A program made the translations under genes and the position numbers. From Acidimicrobiia bacterium (GTDB lineage: Bacteria; Actinomycetota; Acidimicrobiia; Spongiisociales; ZC4RG35), in NCBI GenBank assembly GCA_965215185.1, contig OZ244034.1:1632001-1696000 (forward strand): a stretch of DNA of 64,000 nucleotides, written 5' to 3'. Under the pieces are notes generated by a model. That model ran no database searches and was not told where the DNA came from. It worked only from the letters and a program-made list of their open reading frames with translations. Positions 20,303-30,337 of this stretch are shown here, in pieces. Within the stretch, counting starts at the first letter, position 1; the number at the start of each line of letters is the position of its first letter.

Positions 20303-21352
20303 GGTTCTGACGGAAGGTACATCCGCAGTTACGACATCGACGCCCGACCGGGTTATAGGAGCGCTACCAACAAAGAACCGGCCTCACTGTTCCTCGGTTT
20401 CGACGCTCACATCGCCGTGGCCGTCGCCGAGGCCGTGTGGTCGGGCAACCCCAACCAGGTCGCCATCAAACCGGCCCCACCGGGATACATCCTCGCTCTC
20501 CATGTCGCTGCGGGAGCAACCAATCCCGGACCCATCGGACTGGAACTCGCCCTCCAATCTCTCGAGATCGCACCAAACATCGGCGACGTTGTCGTAGATC
20601 GTGCCTACAGCAACAAACGACAGTCGTTCGTCAGGCCCCTCCACCAAATGGGAAAAAACGTGACCATGGACTACACGATTACCGAGATCAACAACCCCAA
20701 GTTCATCAAGGTCGGAACAAACGGCCAACGACTCCTCAACTCGACAGGAACCCTCCTGCCGCCGGGACTGCCCGAATACATGCAGATCCCGTCCGAAGAT
20801 GCAAAACCCGAAGACCTGACCGAGTGGTACGTCAACCGTGCCCTGTGGCGGTGGACACGAAACCGGAAACTCGACAACGGCGGCGGACAGTACTCGTGTT
20901 CACAATGCGCCGGGAGGGTCACCACCAAGGCCCCAACCCGCAACGCCAGCGTCGTGCCAGCTGAAACCGCTCCGTTCCTGCCCATCGAAGACACACAATG
21001 CTGTCATGGCAAGGTCAGCATCCCAGCCGACCTGCTCGATGCCTACCAGGACATTCCCTTCGGCACCCCCGCCTGGAAACGGAGCTACGGCCGCCGTAAC
21101 CCCAGCGAGAAAACCTTCTCCATGATCAAGGACAAAGGCGGCCTCAAAGCCGGATGGTGCCGCTCCTTCGGTCTCGCCGCCCACACCATCGGCGCCCTGG
21201 CACTAGCCACCGCTCACAACCTCAAACAAACCCTCACGGTCGAAAGAACCCAAACCGACAAACCCGCCCCTCCGGCCAGGCCCAAGAGTCACCAGCCGAC
21301 CCGCAGGAACATCCTCGCCGACAGCCTCACCCCACGGGCCGCCGCCCGGCTA
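20303..21352 (+). pseudogene. IS4/IS5/IS1182-superfamily DDE transposase, C-terminal portion
   Basis: Second catalytic D (DRAY) and E (YGRRNPSEK) present; no first-D region or native start. Confidence 0.8.
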
Positions 21353-21556
21353 GGCACACAGCCCGACCCGGCGCCGACAGGCACAAGAAATGCCCGAAAA
21401 CAGGCAAAAAAGGAAGAAAAACGGCCTAACTGGCCCACTTATTTGAGATAAATGGACCAGAGACCGTGGTGGGGTGTGGGTCACCACCCCTGACCTGGGA
21501 CTCCGCAGGGGCTCCCACATAGGACTCCACATTAAAACCGGGAAGGCTCCACATTT
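20303..21556 (+). mobile_element. Longest transposase remnant plus junction module
   Basis: DxDARxGYR, LGFDAH, VVVDRAYS, CxxC...CC, YREK motif; N-terminal part still missing. Confidence 0.9.
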
Positions 21557-21837
21557 GGGTTCGGCCTAGTGGTGTGCCTGTCGATGATCGGGTAGATTCC
21601 CGCCGCTGGCGTTGTCCTTGCTTGTGACCACCCCGCTATTAGCCGACAGCACACTAGCGGGATGATCTATTTGCCTTCCAAAAAAGAAGTATCCACATAA
21701 CTACCGCAGTTGATATCAAGAACTCGTTCTGCGTAATCCCGGCTGCGACAGTGGAAGCGGCCACCCCTAGCAGAGCCAGTGCTCTATGAAGGCTACGGGC
21801 CGGTACCCGGAAAAGGCTTACCCTTGCAAGCACCATC

Positions 21838-22400
21838 GTGTATTTGTTGTCGAGTCACAGAGAAACGATGAAGTGGGTGTTTCGCCGTATCAAGCGGCGG
21901 CAGGGTGGGTGGTCACCAGGGTTGCTGCTGCTGTCCGTGTTGGGGCAGATAGCTTCGGCCGTGTTCGACTGGTCGTTGGAGTCCGTAGAAGCGGTTGCGC
22001 CAGTGGTAGTGGCAGGCGTAGGTCCGATCATTTTCGTGCTGGTTCTGTCCCGTTCGGACCGTGCCCGGTACCAGAGGGTGGGGCCGTTCACGACAGGTGT
22101 CTTAGCGGGTGCACTACGCTGCGGCGGGTTGTTTCGCGGGTGCGGCGAACGCTGCGGCGGGTTGTTTCGCGGGTGCGGCGAACCTGTTCCTAGCCAGTAT
22201 GCACGACGTGGCCTTGCCGGGATGGGCCGTGGCAGCGTCGGTTGGTTACGGACTGGTCGTGTGGGCGCCGTCCGCGGTGATAGCTAGGCGAGCAAACTTG
22301 GTCACAGATGACCTGGCAGTGAACGGGCTGGGTTACGCCGCTGCGGCTCTGGCGTTGGTGTGGCTGGGCTCCCTGGCGGGGAAGCCAGTCAACGTCGGAA
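21838..22400 (+). pseudogene. Frameshifted membrane protein with a 33-bp tandem duplication (22116-22181)
   Basis: Hydrophobic helices continue from frame of 21838 into frame of 22109. Confidence 0.5.
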
Positions 22401-22502
22401 GCGAGAGCGACGAGCGCATCCAAGGGCGTTCGGGAGTTCCTGGTGACACGGAACCTCACCTCCGGAGATTCGTCACCTACCATCGCGCGTAGCGTTTCGA
22501 GA

Positions 22503-22689
22503 GCACGGGCGCCGCCCGCATAGGCGGACTTCGCCCGAAAGCGCCGACAGGCACAAGAAAAGCCCGAAAATTGACGAAACAGGGCCAAACGGACCTAACT
22601 GGCCTACATAAACAGCCATGACTGTACCTGAGACCTGTGGCCTCTTGGACACCACCCGTGACCTGCGGGTCTGTAGGGGATCCACATTT
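22503..22689 (+). mobile_element. Short diverged junction copy
   Basis: GCACGGGCGCCGCCCGCATAG...CCTAACTGGCC...GACCTGCGG...TCCACATTT. Confidence 0.75.
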
Positions 22690-22789
22690 GCTGGCCGGTG
22701 CTCTGATGCAGAGGCTCCATGGTGCGGGTGGAGGCCATTGCCTGCATTAGACCCCCCCCCCACCCTCGGAAAAGCCTTATAATGAGGCT

Positions 22790-23140
22790 ATGAGACCAGC
22801 CGTGTCCACAACTGCTCTGCCGGAGTCCAAGGTCGACTCCGGCGAGATCCGCAACCGGTTCCGTCACTTGTTTGATGTGTGGGACAAAGACACTTTCATT
22901 TTTTCCTTTTCCTATCAGATATACAACCATTGGGCATACGAAGAACTCGTGAGCCTCGGCGAACCCGCCATTCCTTACATGCTGGGAGAATTGCAGAGGG
23001 GCAGGTCGAAGGTCGTGGCAGCGTTGCACACCATTTCTGGGGAATCCCTCGTCCAAGGTCTGAGATTGACCACAGAAGAGATCATGGAGAGATGGCTGGC
23101 CTGGGGAGAAGAGAAAGGGCATGTCCCTGCCATCGCGTGA
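22790..23140 (+). CDS. Hypothetical HEAT-like protein, copy 2 of 2
   Basis: Near-identical to 7434-7784; overlaps next gene. Confidence 0.65.
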   Translation: MRPAVSTTALPESKVDSGEIRNRFRHLFDVWDKDTFIFSFSYQIYNHWAYEELVSLGEPAIPYMLGELQRGRSKVVAALHTISGESLVQGLRLTTEEIMERWLAWGEEKGHVPAIA

Positions 23141-23585
23141 CGACGCAATAGAAACACTGTTTCCCGAGTTTGTTTCCGGCTACTCGTGGTATGAGATAAC
23201 AAGCCCCCCTGACGACAGATACAACTGCACGGCCTTCGCTGTGGGAGACACGACACAGAAATGGTCGCCAATAAAAGGGGATAACGAACGTGGGTTTTAT
23301 TGGCCCTTCGAACCGATGGATGACCATTTTGCCAACTTCCTGGCCGTGTTCAAATTGGAGGGGTATCGGCGATGCGACCACGGAGAACCAGAGGACGGCT
23401 TCGACAAAGTGGCCCTTTTCATAAACGAATGGGGAGACGTGGCACACGTTGCTTTCCAGCCCGAAGGCACTGACCACTGGCTTAGCAAGCTGGGAGAATG
23501 GTACGACATCAGACACGAAAAGGTTGACGCTGTGAGCGGCTCGCTATACGGCTGGCCGGATTTTTTCCTGAGCCGACCAGCCTGA
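23121..23585 (+). CDS. Papain-like Cys/His protein (DUF7689-like)
   Basis: ITSP...YNCxAFA, HVAxQ...WxSKLG, YG motifs. Confidence 0.6.
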   Translation: MSLPSRDDAIETLFPEFVSGYSWYEITSPPDDRYNCTAFAVGDTTQKWSPIKGDNERGFYWPFEPMDDHFANFLAVFKLEGYRRCDHGEPEDGFDKVALFINEWGDVAHVAFQPEGTDHWLSKLGEWYDIRHEKVDAVSGSLYGWPDFFLSRPA

Positions 23586-23614
23586 CATCTGACAGGACTT
23601 TTCCTAGGGTCGCT

Positions 23615-23971
23615 ACATGCCACGGGGTATGGTCAGCATCCCAGCCGACCTGCTCGACGCCCACAACGTCAAGCAAACCATCGGGATCGAAAGAACCCAA
23701 ACCGAAAAACCCGCCCCGCCGGCCAGTCCCAAGAACTTCGAGCCGACCCGGCGCAACATTCTCGCTGACAGTCTCACCGCACGGGCGCCACCCGACTAGG
23801 CACACGAAATGCCCGAGAACGGGCAAAAACAGGAAAAAGTACCTAACTGGCCCACTTATTTGGGATAAATGGACCAGAGATCTTGGTGGCCTGTGGGCCA
23901 CCACCCCTGACCTGGGACTCCGCAGGGACTCCGCATGGGTCTCCACATTCAAACGAGGGTGGCTCCACATT
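23615..23971 (+). mobile_element. Internally deleted transposase remnant plus junction module
   Basis: VSIPADLLDA joined to HNVKQ; end ctccacatt ~23971. Confidence 0.85.
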
Positions 23972-24025
23972 CGTCTAACCTCGGGACACTGCCGTTTCGG
24001 GGATGAACGGACGCGGCGGCATCCA

Positions 24026-24727
24026 TCAAGTTGATTCAGGTGCTGTGATGAATGTAAGGAATCTGTTGCCTATATCACTTGACTGTTTGGCAAGCATGTA
24101 GCCATCGACTGTACCCATTGTGTGAAGTGAGTCAATTGTGGCTATTCCCGCTCGATGCAAGTCCGCAACGATTAAGTCGTAGAAGTCACGTCGACCTTGA
24201 AGTTCGGGATAGACGTGTTCCAGCACCGTTGATACCCCTCCCATATACCAACCCGGGAAGGGTAGCTTTGCTCGCTTCTGGGCAATCGCTTTCTTGTCAG
24301 CCAGAAAAGCCGAAATTCTGAGGTGCCAAGGCGTGAAGGCGTCGATTAGTGAGATGAACAGTTCATGTTCGTCTTCGCCAGGTGTCGATGAGACTGCTAC
24401 GTTCAGTACGGCGTTGCGAAGAGCTGCGAGCTTTTCTTCGTCGTGATTTCGGAGTGCTATGGCGCTGGCCTGTAGCACGGCTGATACGAAAGCTGGCTGG
24501 CCGGCCAGGTCGTTGACCTGAAATCCGTCTATGCGACTCTCTAAGTTTGCCAGGTCTTCTGCTAAAGAGTTCAACCAGTCGGTCTGCCGCTGCTCGATCC
24601 GAGGCCGGATCACTAAGTCCAGCAACTCTGCTGCGGCACCTCCCAGAACTGGTAGGACGCTTAGGGCAGCCTTTGCCAGACCCAGTTTTCTCTCGGCACC
24701 CTTTGAGTCAGGAACCGAACTTGTCAT
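24026..24727 (-). CDS. Hypothetical protein, Abi-alpha/DUF4393-like defence candidate
   Basis: PxxGGxxAELL...EEKLxALRNAVLN...wHTH-like end GxRFLxFI. Confidence 0.55.
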   Translation of the reverse strand: MTSSVPDSKGAERKLGLAKAALSVLPVLGGAAAELLDLVIRPRIEQRQTDWLNSLAEDLANLESRIDGFQVNDLAGQPAFVSAVLQASAIALRNHDEEKLAALRNAVLNVAVSSTPGEDEHELFISLIDAFTPWHLRISAFLADKKAIAQKRAKLPFPGWYMGGVSTVLEHVYPELQGRRDFYDLIVADLHRAGIATIDSLHTMGTVDGYMLAKQSSDIGNRFLTFITAPEST

Positions 24728-24962
24728 TGTTGGTTGGGTCTCGGTAGGTGCTGGTGAGGCTTTGTCATTATCGATCCATAATACCGCGTTTGAGGTCCCT
24801 GCTTGACTCCCGCGGACACGTTACTCGCGGAGGTTTTCCAGCCTCAACGATGGCGAGAACCCTGACCAAAACGAAGGGGCCCTTCGCGAATCCTTGGGAT
24901 TTGGTCTTGCTAGATGGGTGGTGTGGTTCATGTTAGGAGGAGTGCTCGGGCGGCGTAGTTGT

Positions 24963-25055
24963 GTGAGCTCCTATGATGCTTCTATGATCTCCAAATCGGG
25001 TTTCTGGAGGGGGTGAGGTGTTTAGGTGGGTGGTGGGTTTTCGAGGAGTCGGAGC
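24963..25055 (-). mobile_element. IS110 end remnants
   Basis: GAGCTCCTATG and GATGCTTCTATG..CTCCAAATCG match ends at 15194 and 33808. Confidence 0.5.
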
Positions 25056-25069
25056 TTATGGGAAGCTCA

Positions 25070-25600
25070 AGCGTGGGCAAGCTCTAGCGGTGATTGTACA
25101 GGTCGTGGGGGCTGTTCCAGTGGTGGAGTCGTCGTGGCATGTGGTTGAGGTTGTCTTCGATGAGAGTGAGGGGTATTTGGCCGATGTTGAGGTTGGTTCC
25201 TTTGGGCAACCATCGGCGGAGCATTCCGTTGGTGTGTTCGTTGGTGGCCCGATGCCAGGGCGAGCGGGGCTCGCAGAAATAGACGGTGAGACCGGTGCGT
25301 TGTTCGATGTCGCACCAGTTGGCCATCTCTCTTCCTTGGTCCCAGGTGAGCGTTTTCCGCAGGACAGGAGGCACGCGGGAGAAGGCCGTGCAGACCGCTT
25401 CTGCGGTCCGGGAGGCTTTGTACCCGTTGGGCAACGCGGCCAGGAGAGTGTGACGGGTTGTGCGTTCGGTGAGTGTCACGACCGCTGAGCGGTTGCGGGC
25501 GCCGATGATCAGGTCGCCTCACCGAGTGACCCGGCTCGGTGCGGCCTTCGATCTCTGGGGAACGCTCTGCTATGAGTCGGATCTCACCGAGAGGTTGACG
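25070..25600 (-). pseudogene. IS30-family transposase C-terminal fragment, frameshifted
   Basis: R.EPGH..GDLI.G, TLTWDQGREM, FCEPRSPWxRxTNExTNGMLR. Confidence 0.85.
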
Positions 25601-25859
25601 TTTGGCCTGCTCACAGCGGCTACGGGGCTTGCGCCGACGGCGACGGCGGGGCAGCATCCGCCACGAACCTGCTGCCAGTCCCCGACGCCCGCACGGTTCA
25701 TAACACGCCTGATAGATCGTCTCTGCGCACACCCTCTGCTCAGCCGACAAACCCTCGTTGCACAGATCGGCCGCCACCGCATGGGGGACCATCCCATCTC
25801 CATCCGTTCCGTCCCATTTGTTATCGATGATCGCCATCACATTAGTTATAATGCGCCGC

Positions 25860-26210
25860 ATGAGTAGAACCGATCTGAGTGATGTTTCCTACGATGCCCT
25901 GATTGATCGAATCGCTGAGGTGGTGCGTTCCCACGCCAAGGGTGCCCTAAAGGCTTTATTGTTCGGGTCAGTTGCTCGCCGTGAAGCCGACCCGGCTAGC
26001 GATGTTGATATATTGCTCGTTTGGCCATCCATCACCGATGAGGACACTCTGCGTTTCGCCGCATTCGAGACAGCCAATAGCATCAACAGCATTACGAATC
26101 GAAGATGCATCCCTTTGATATTCAGCGAGGACGAGTACTTAGAAATACCGAAGGCCTCTCCCGCGTTCGCTGATGCCCTAAGTCAGGATGCCATCGACCT
26201 TTTGGCGTAA
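25860..26210 (+). CDS. MNT nucleotidyltransferase
   Basis: LLFGSVARREA..SDVDILLV. Confidence 0.85.
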   Translation: MSRTDLSDVSYDALIDRIAEVVRSHAKGALKALLFGSVARREADPASDVDILLVWPSITDEDTLRFAAFETANSINSITNRRCIPLIFSEDEYLEIPKASPAFADALSQDAIDLLA

Positions 26211-26215
26211 GGCGA

Positions 26216-26611
26216 ATGGGGCAAACAAATCGGTGCGGCAGGGCAGAAGCCCTCTCTCGTTTGGAGCAAGCATATGCGCATGCGCTTTATGCTGAGATGG
26301 ATCCCTTTTCGGAGGATGGGGCAACGCGTTCCGTTACGGTGAGCAACGCTGTGCTAGCCGGCATAGCAGCATCCGATACGATTTGTTGCTTGACTCTTGG
26401 GGAACGTTCATCCAGCGACAATCACGAAGACTCTGTGAGGTTGATAGGATCGGTGTCAGGCATAGGGCGGGATGCGGCATCGTACTTAGTGGTGTTGCTT
26501 GGAGCCAAGAATAAAGCGCAGTACCTTTCTATCCATCCCAACATTGCGGAAACGAAGCGTTCAATGAGGGCGATGCGAGCGTTGATCGAAATGGCTAGTT
26601 CATATAGGTAG
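26216..26611 (+). CDS. HEPN-like protein (MNT-HEPN pair)
   Basis: AVxAGIxAxDxxC..LGxRS...H..LLxxKNKAQY; follows MNT by 5 bp. Confidence 0.75.
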   Translation: MGQTNRCGRAEALSRLEQAYAHALYAEMDPFSEDGATRSVTVSNAVLAGIAASDTICCLTLGERSSSDNHEDSVRLIGSVSGIGRDAASYLVVLLGAKNKAQYLSIHPNIAETKRSMRAMRALIEMASSYR

Positions 26612-26771
26612 CGCTACGGGGCGAAACGCTAATCGCCACCAACCGCCAAGAAGTTGCCTTTACCAAACCCCTGTTGTATAGGTTCCCTGGCTAGCTCCAC
26701 CGGTGGTCGTTGGTGATCGGCCATTATTGGTCGTGAAGAACAAGCGACCACACGGTGGAGGTGGGTTTTAT

Positions 26772-26833
26772 GGGTAGTGGGTCACTTTGCTGGGTAAAGC
26801 CGGAGGTCAGAGAGTCAAACTGACCCACTACCC
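26772..26833 (+). repeat. 60-bp palindromic MITE-like element, copy 4
   Basis: GGGTAGTGGGTCACTTTG...CAAACTGACCCACTACCC. Confidence 0.85.
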
Positions 26834-26834
26834 G

Positions 26835-27059
26835 TCAGAGAGGGGTTTTGGGTCGGAGACCGCAGGCTTGTTCCTCGGCAGTGGTATCTATCCCCCGGGA
26901 ACGTTTCCACGCCAATCGCTTTTCGATGTTACGAACCGGCGACCCGCCGGCGGCGATCCCACGTTTGTAGTTTTCCCGGCCCCGAGCCAGCGCCTCTTCC
27001 ATCGTCAGGATCGTCGGAGGAGGCGAAGCGTAAGGATCGATGGTGGGCTGCTCGGGCAT
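26835..27059 (-). CDS. Small hypothetical protein, copy 2 of 2
   Basis: Duplicate of 18185-18409. Confidence 0.5.
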   Translation of the reverse strand: MPEQPTIDPYASPPPTILTMEEALARGRENYKRGIAAGGSPVRNIEKRLAWKRSRGIDTTAEEQACGLRPKTPL

Positions 27060-27244
27060 GACCCTCAGTATACCACTGGAGGGTCCGAGCGACCGACGAC
27101 AGTTTGTCGTTCCTTTCTGGATAGACGGTTGTTTTGCACGGTTGTCTGTGCGTGATGGGGCCGGCGCGTTACTTGAGAACGCTTGTTCGTGACGCTGCCC
27201 TCAGCGGGCCAATGGACGACACCCAACCACAGATGTGTGGTTTT

Positions 27245-27871
27245 CGCCAGCGTCCCATCCGACCCGCTCGACGCCTACCAGGACATTCCCTTCGGCACCC
27301 CCGCCTGGAAACGGAGCTACGGCCGCCGTAACCCCAGCGAGAAAACCTTTTCCATGATCAAGGACAAAGGCGGCCTGAAAGCCGGATGGTGCCGCTCCTT
27401 CGGTCTCGCCGCTCACACCATCGGCGTGCTGGCACTGGCCATCGCCCACAACCTCAAACAAACCCTCACGGTCGAAAGTACCCAAACCGAAAAACCCGCC
27501 CCTCCGGCCAGGCCCAAGAGTCACCAGCCGACCCGCCGCAACATCCTCGCAGCACGGGCACCGCCCGACTAGGCACACTTGCCGCACCCGCAGCACCGAC
27601 AGTAACCCCTACTGTCGGCTTTAGCGCGCCCGGACAACCCAAACCGGCACTCCCAAGCCTCCCAACGCACCCAGAACCCCTCAACGCACGCCGACAGGCA
27701 CAAGAGATGCGCGAAAACAGGCAACAATTGGAGAAAAACGGCCTAACTGGCCCACTTATTTGGGATAAATGGACCAGAGACTGGGTGGCCTGTGGGCCAC
27801 CACCCCTGACCTGCGGCTCCGCAGGGGCTCCACATAGGACTCCACATTCAAACCGGGAGGACTCCACATTT
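27245..27871 (+). mobile_element. Transposase remnant plus junction module
   Basis: Same left breakpoint as 18596; end at 27871. Confidence 0.9.
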
Positions 27872-27934
27872 GCCGGAGCCCCTATGGTGCCGCTTGGGGA
27901 GATGTGGAGAACGCATTTTGAATCCTGGTGGGTC

Positions 27935-28495
27935 TTACCCTAGTTCAACAGCGGTCCATTCAGTGACTTCTCGGAGGTCGCCAAAACCCGAACCTTGATC
28001 AAGGTTGTCAACATAAACGGCGAGCACCGCGCCCACATTCGTGGCCGAAGGTGATAACACAGCTTGAATCTCCGCATTGAACGCGTCAGCACCTATGGCC
28101 TGGCACGGACCCCAATGTCCGATGAGAGTATCAATGTTCGCCCCCACCTGCTGGCGGGTGCCCGCATCAGTCAGATTCAACACCCTGTTCAATGTCACCA
28201 TAACGGAGTAGAGCCTTTTTGGAGGAAACACCCGGGTAGCGGCTTCGCTGCCACTGATGTTCTTTGGCGGGTTGCGAACAGCCCACCGTTGGGATTTAGA
28301 GAGTTGTTTGGCGTATTCAGCTTCGCTACATTCCCTGATGTCGCAGAAATACAATGTGGGAATATCGGGTGGCTTGAACCTCCCCCCTGTTACGGTTGAG
28401 CCGGTAGCGTCCAGCACATCCCTGTGTATGCTGCAGAACCGCCACGCAGTGCCCGCGTAGGCTGTGGCTAAACCAGTATCCATAGGATGTCGCAA
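27935..28495 (-). CDS. RES-domain toxin (second, diverged)
   Basis: AWR...GSxxxGGRF.P...LY...EAE...CQAIG...QAVLSPS. Confidence 0.85.
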   Translation of the reverse strand: MRHPMDTGLATAYAGTAWRFCSIHRDVLDATGSTVTGGRFKPPDIPTLYFCDIRECSEAEYAKQLSKSQRWAVRNPPKNISGSEAATRVFPPKRLYSVMVTLNRVLNLTDAGTRQQVGANIDTLIGHWGPCQAIGADAFNAEIQAVLSPSATNVGAVLAVYVDNLDQGSGFGDLREVTEWTAVELG

Positions 28496-28501
28496 GAGTA
28501 G

Positions 28502-28828
28502 TTACGCGGGTAGAAATCCGCTTTCTAGCTCAATAAAGTCCCACGCCGCCTCATAGTCACGGCTCTTGAGGTGATCCATAATAGAAGCGGTATTCGGAAG
28601 TTGTTGCCATCCGGGTTGGTACAACACCTGACGGCTGGTTACCCCGAACATAGCTCGGAGGTCAGAGACGATGGCTTTGATGTTTTCAAGGTCATATCGA
28701 GAAAGTCCCCGGGGTCGGTCCTTGCTGCGGAGTTTCCCTTGGAACATGGCGACCACAAAATCCTCAAAATCGGACTCGTTGCCGAGCACCACCGACGAGA
28801 TCTCCGAGTCTGCTGACATAATTGGCAC
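28502..28828 (-). CDS. Putative antitoxin partner of RES toxin
   Basis: Homologous to 6353-6649 (QPG...MDxL..xDY..A..F...E..FLPA). Confidence 0.65.
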   Translation of the reverse strand: MPIMSADSEISSVVLGNESDFEDFVVAMFQGKLRSKDRPRGLSRYDLENIKAIVSDLRAMFGVTSRQVLYQPGWQQLPNTASIMDHLKSRDYEAAWDFIELESGFLPA

Positions 28829-28959
28829 CTATTGTAATAGCCTCTCCTGGCCCTTGACGTGTCGAATGCCATTCCGAGGGCGTCCTTGTTCGGCGACCAT
28901 CAGGCTAAGTGTTCCTGACAACCAGCCGCTGCCAGCGGAACAGCATCGAAACTCGCAAC

Positions 28960-29491
28960 TCGATGATCAAGGACAAAGGCGGCCTGAAAGCCGGATGGTG
29001 CCGCTCCTTCGGTCTCGCCGCACACACCATCGGCGTGCTGGCACTAGCCATCGCCCACAACGTCAAAGAAACCATCGAGATCGAAGAAACCCAAACCGAC
29101 AAACCTGTTCCTCCGGCCAGCCCCAAGCACTTCGACCCGACCCGCCGCAACATCCTCGCCGACAGCCTCACACCTAGGGCACCGCCCGACTAGGCACACT
29201 TGCCGCACCCGGCGCCGACAGTAACCCCTACTGTCGGCTTTAGCGCGCCCGGACAACCCAAACCGGCACCCCCAAACCTCTCAACGCACCCAAAACCCAC
29301 CACAGCACGCCGACAGGCACAAGAGATGCGCGAAAACAGGCAACAATTGGAGAAAAACGGCCTAACTGGCCCACTTATTTGGGATAAATGGACCAGAGGT
29401 CGTGGTGGCCTGTGGTCCATCACCCTTGACCTGGGACTCCGCAGGGGCTCCACATAGGACTCCACATTCAAACCGGGAAGGCTCCACATTT
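28960..29491 (+). mobile_element. Transposase remnant plus junction module
   Basis: MIKDKGGL...PRAPPD; end at 29491. Confidence 0.9.
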
Positions 29492-29584
29492 GCTGGGCCG
29501 AAGCTCTGATAGCGGCGACTACATGATGTGTTGACAGGCATTGTCCGCATACTTACCGGCCCACCGCCCCTAGGACGGTTCCGG

Positions 29585-29887
29585 CTAGAGATACCGGGCA
29601 TGAAACACGGAACACTCTTCGTGCGGCTGTCGGAGATCCTCACGGAAACCGATTTGCAGCAAACGTCTACCAGAAACCTCCGCAACGGCCATGGTGGGGC
29701 GAACGATCCTTATCCCCCCACCGTACACCTCATCCCATTTGGTTGGCCTTCCCTTATACCTATGCGCTTCAGAGGGCTGCAACGAAAGAAGGTACTTGAT
29801 GTCCGATTTCAACACGCGGTTCTTTAAAACGGAGGGACGATAGACGATTTCTGCCTCGTCTGAGGGCCAGTACATGTAGGGAGGCAC
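29585..29887 (-). CDS. Family-B toxin-like protein (cassette copy 3 of 3)
   Basis: Diverged copy of 4071-4373. Confidence 0.6.
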   Translation of the reverse strand: MPPYMYWPSDEAEIVYRPSVLKNRVLKSDIKYLLSLQPSEAHRYKGRPTKWDEVYGGGIRIVRPTMAVAEVSGRRLLQIGFREDLRQPHEECSVFHARYL

Positions 29888-29905
29888 CAGATCCCCCTCC
29901 TGGTT

Positions 29906-30274
29906 TTAGTCCTCCAGCAGAGGAACGGTTCGTTCTAGTCCGTCGTAGTGCTCAAGGAAGTGCTCAGCGAAGGCGCGTGATAGAAATCGTTGTCGCTCTC
30001 TCCGTTCCTCGGGCATAGCGCACTCTCTCATGATGTCATCCAAGGTGACCGTTAGGACGTCGAACCATACATCTCTGTCCTCAGTGCAGTGTCCGATAAC
30101 GAACAGGGTATCCCCTGGGGTGAAAGCTCCGTTTTCTGTTATGTAATCGGAGTACTCTTCCATCCCCCTGTCGAGTTCTTCCTCAGATATGTCGTGGCTT
30201 ATATCCACGGTGGAGGCGTCTAACGCTGGGCTAGTCATAGCGCACAGCATAACGCTCTCAACGGCCAACGGCAT
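29906..30274 (-). CDS. Family-A antitoxin-like protein (copy 3 of 3)
   Basis: Diverged copy of 4392-4760. Confidence 0.6.
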   Translation of the reverse strand: MPLAVESVMLCAMTSPALDASTVDISHDISEEELDRGMEEYSDYITENGAFTPGDTLFVIGHCTEDRDVWFDVLTVTLDDIMRECAMPEERRERQRFLSRAFAEHFLEHYDGLERTVPLLED

Positions 30275-30337
30275 TCCACATTCAGGTACCGATCTGCTCG
30301 GCTTCAGCGACGGTAGGCGGCCGAACAGCCCCTAGCC

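Noticed and set aside
29403-29491. tRNA gene within the junction module (minus strand has GGTTTGAAT and ends CCACCA)
   Set aside because: The T-loop-like word is too far from the CCA and no cloverleaf can be drawn.
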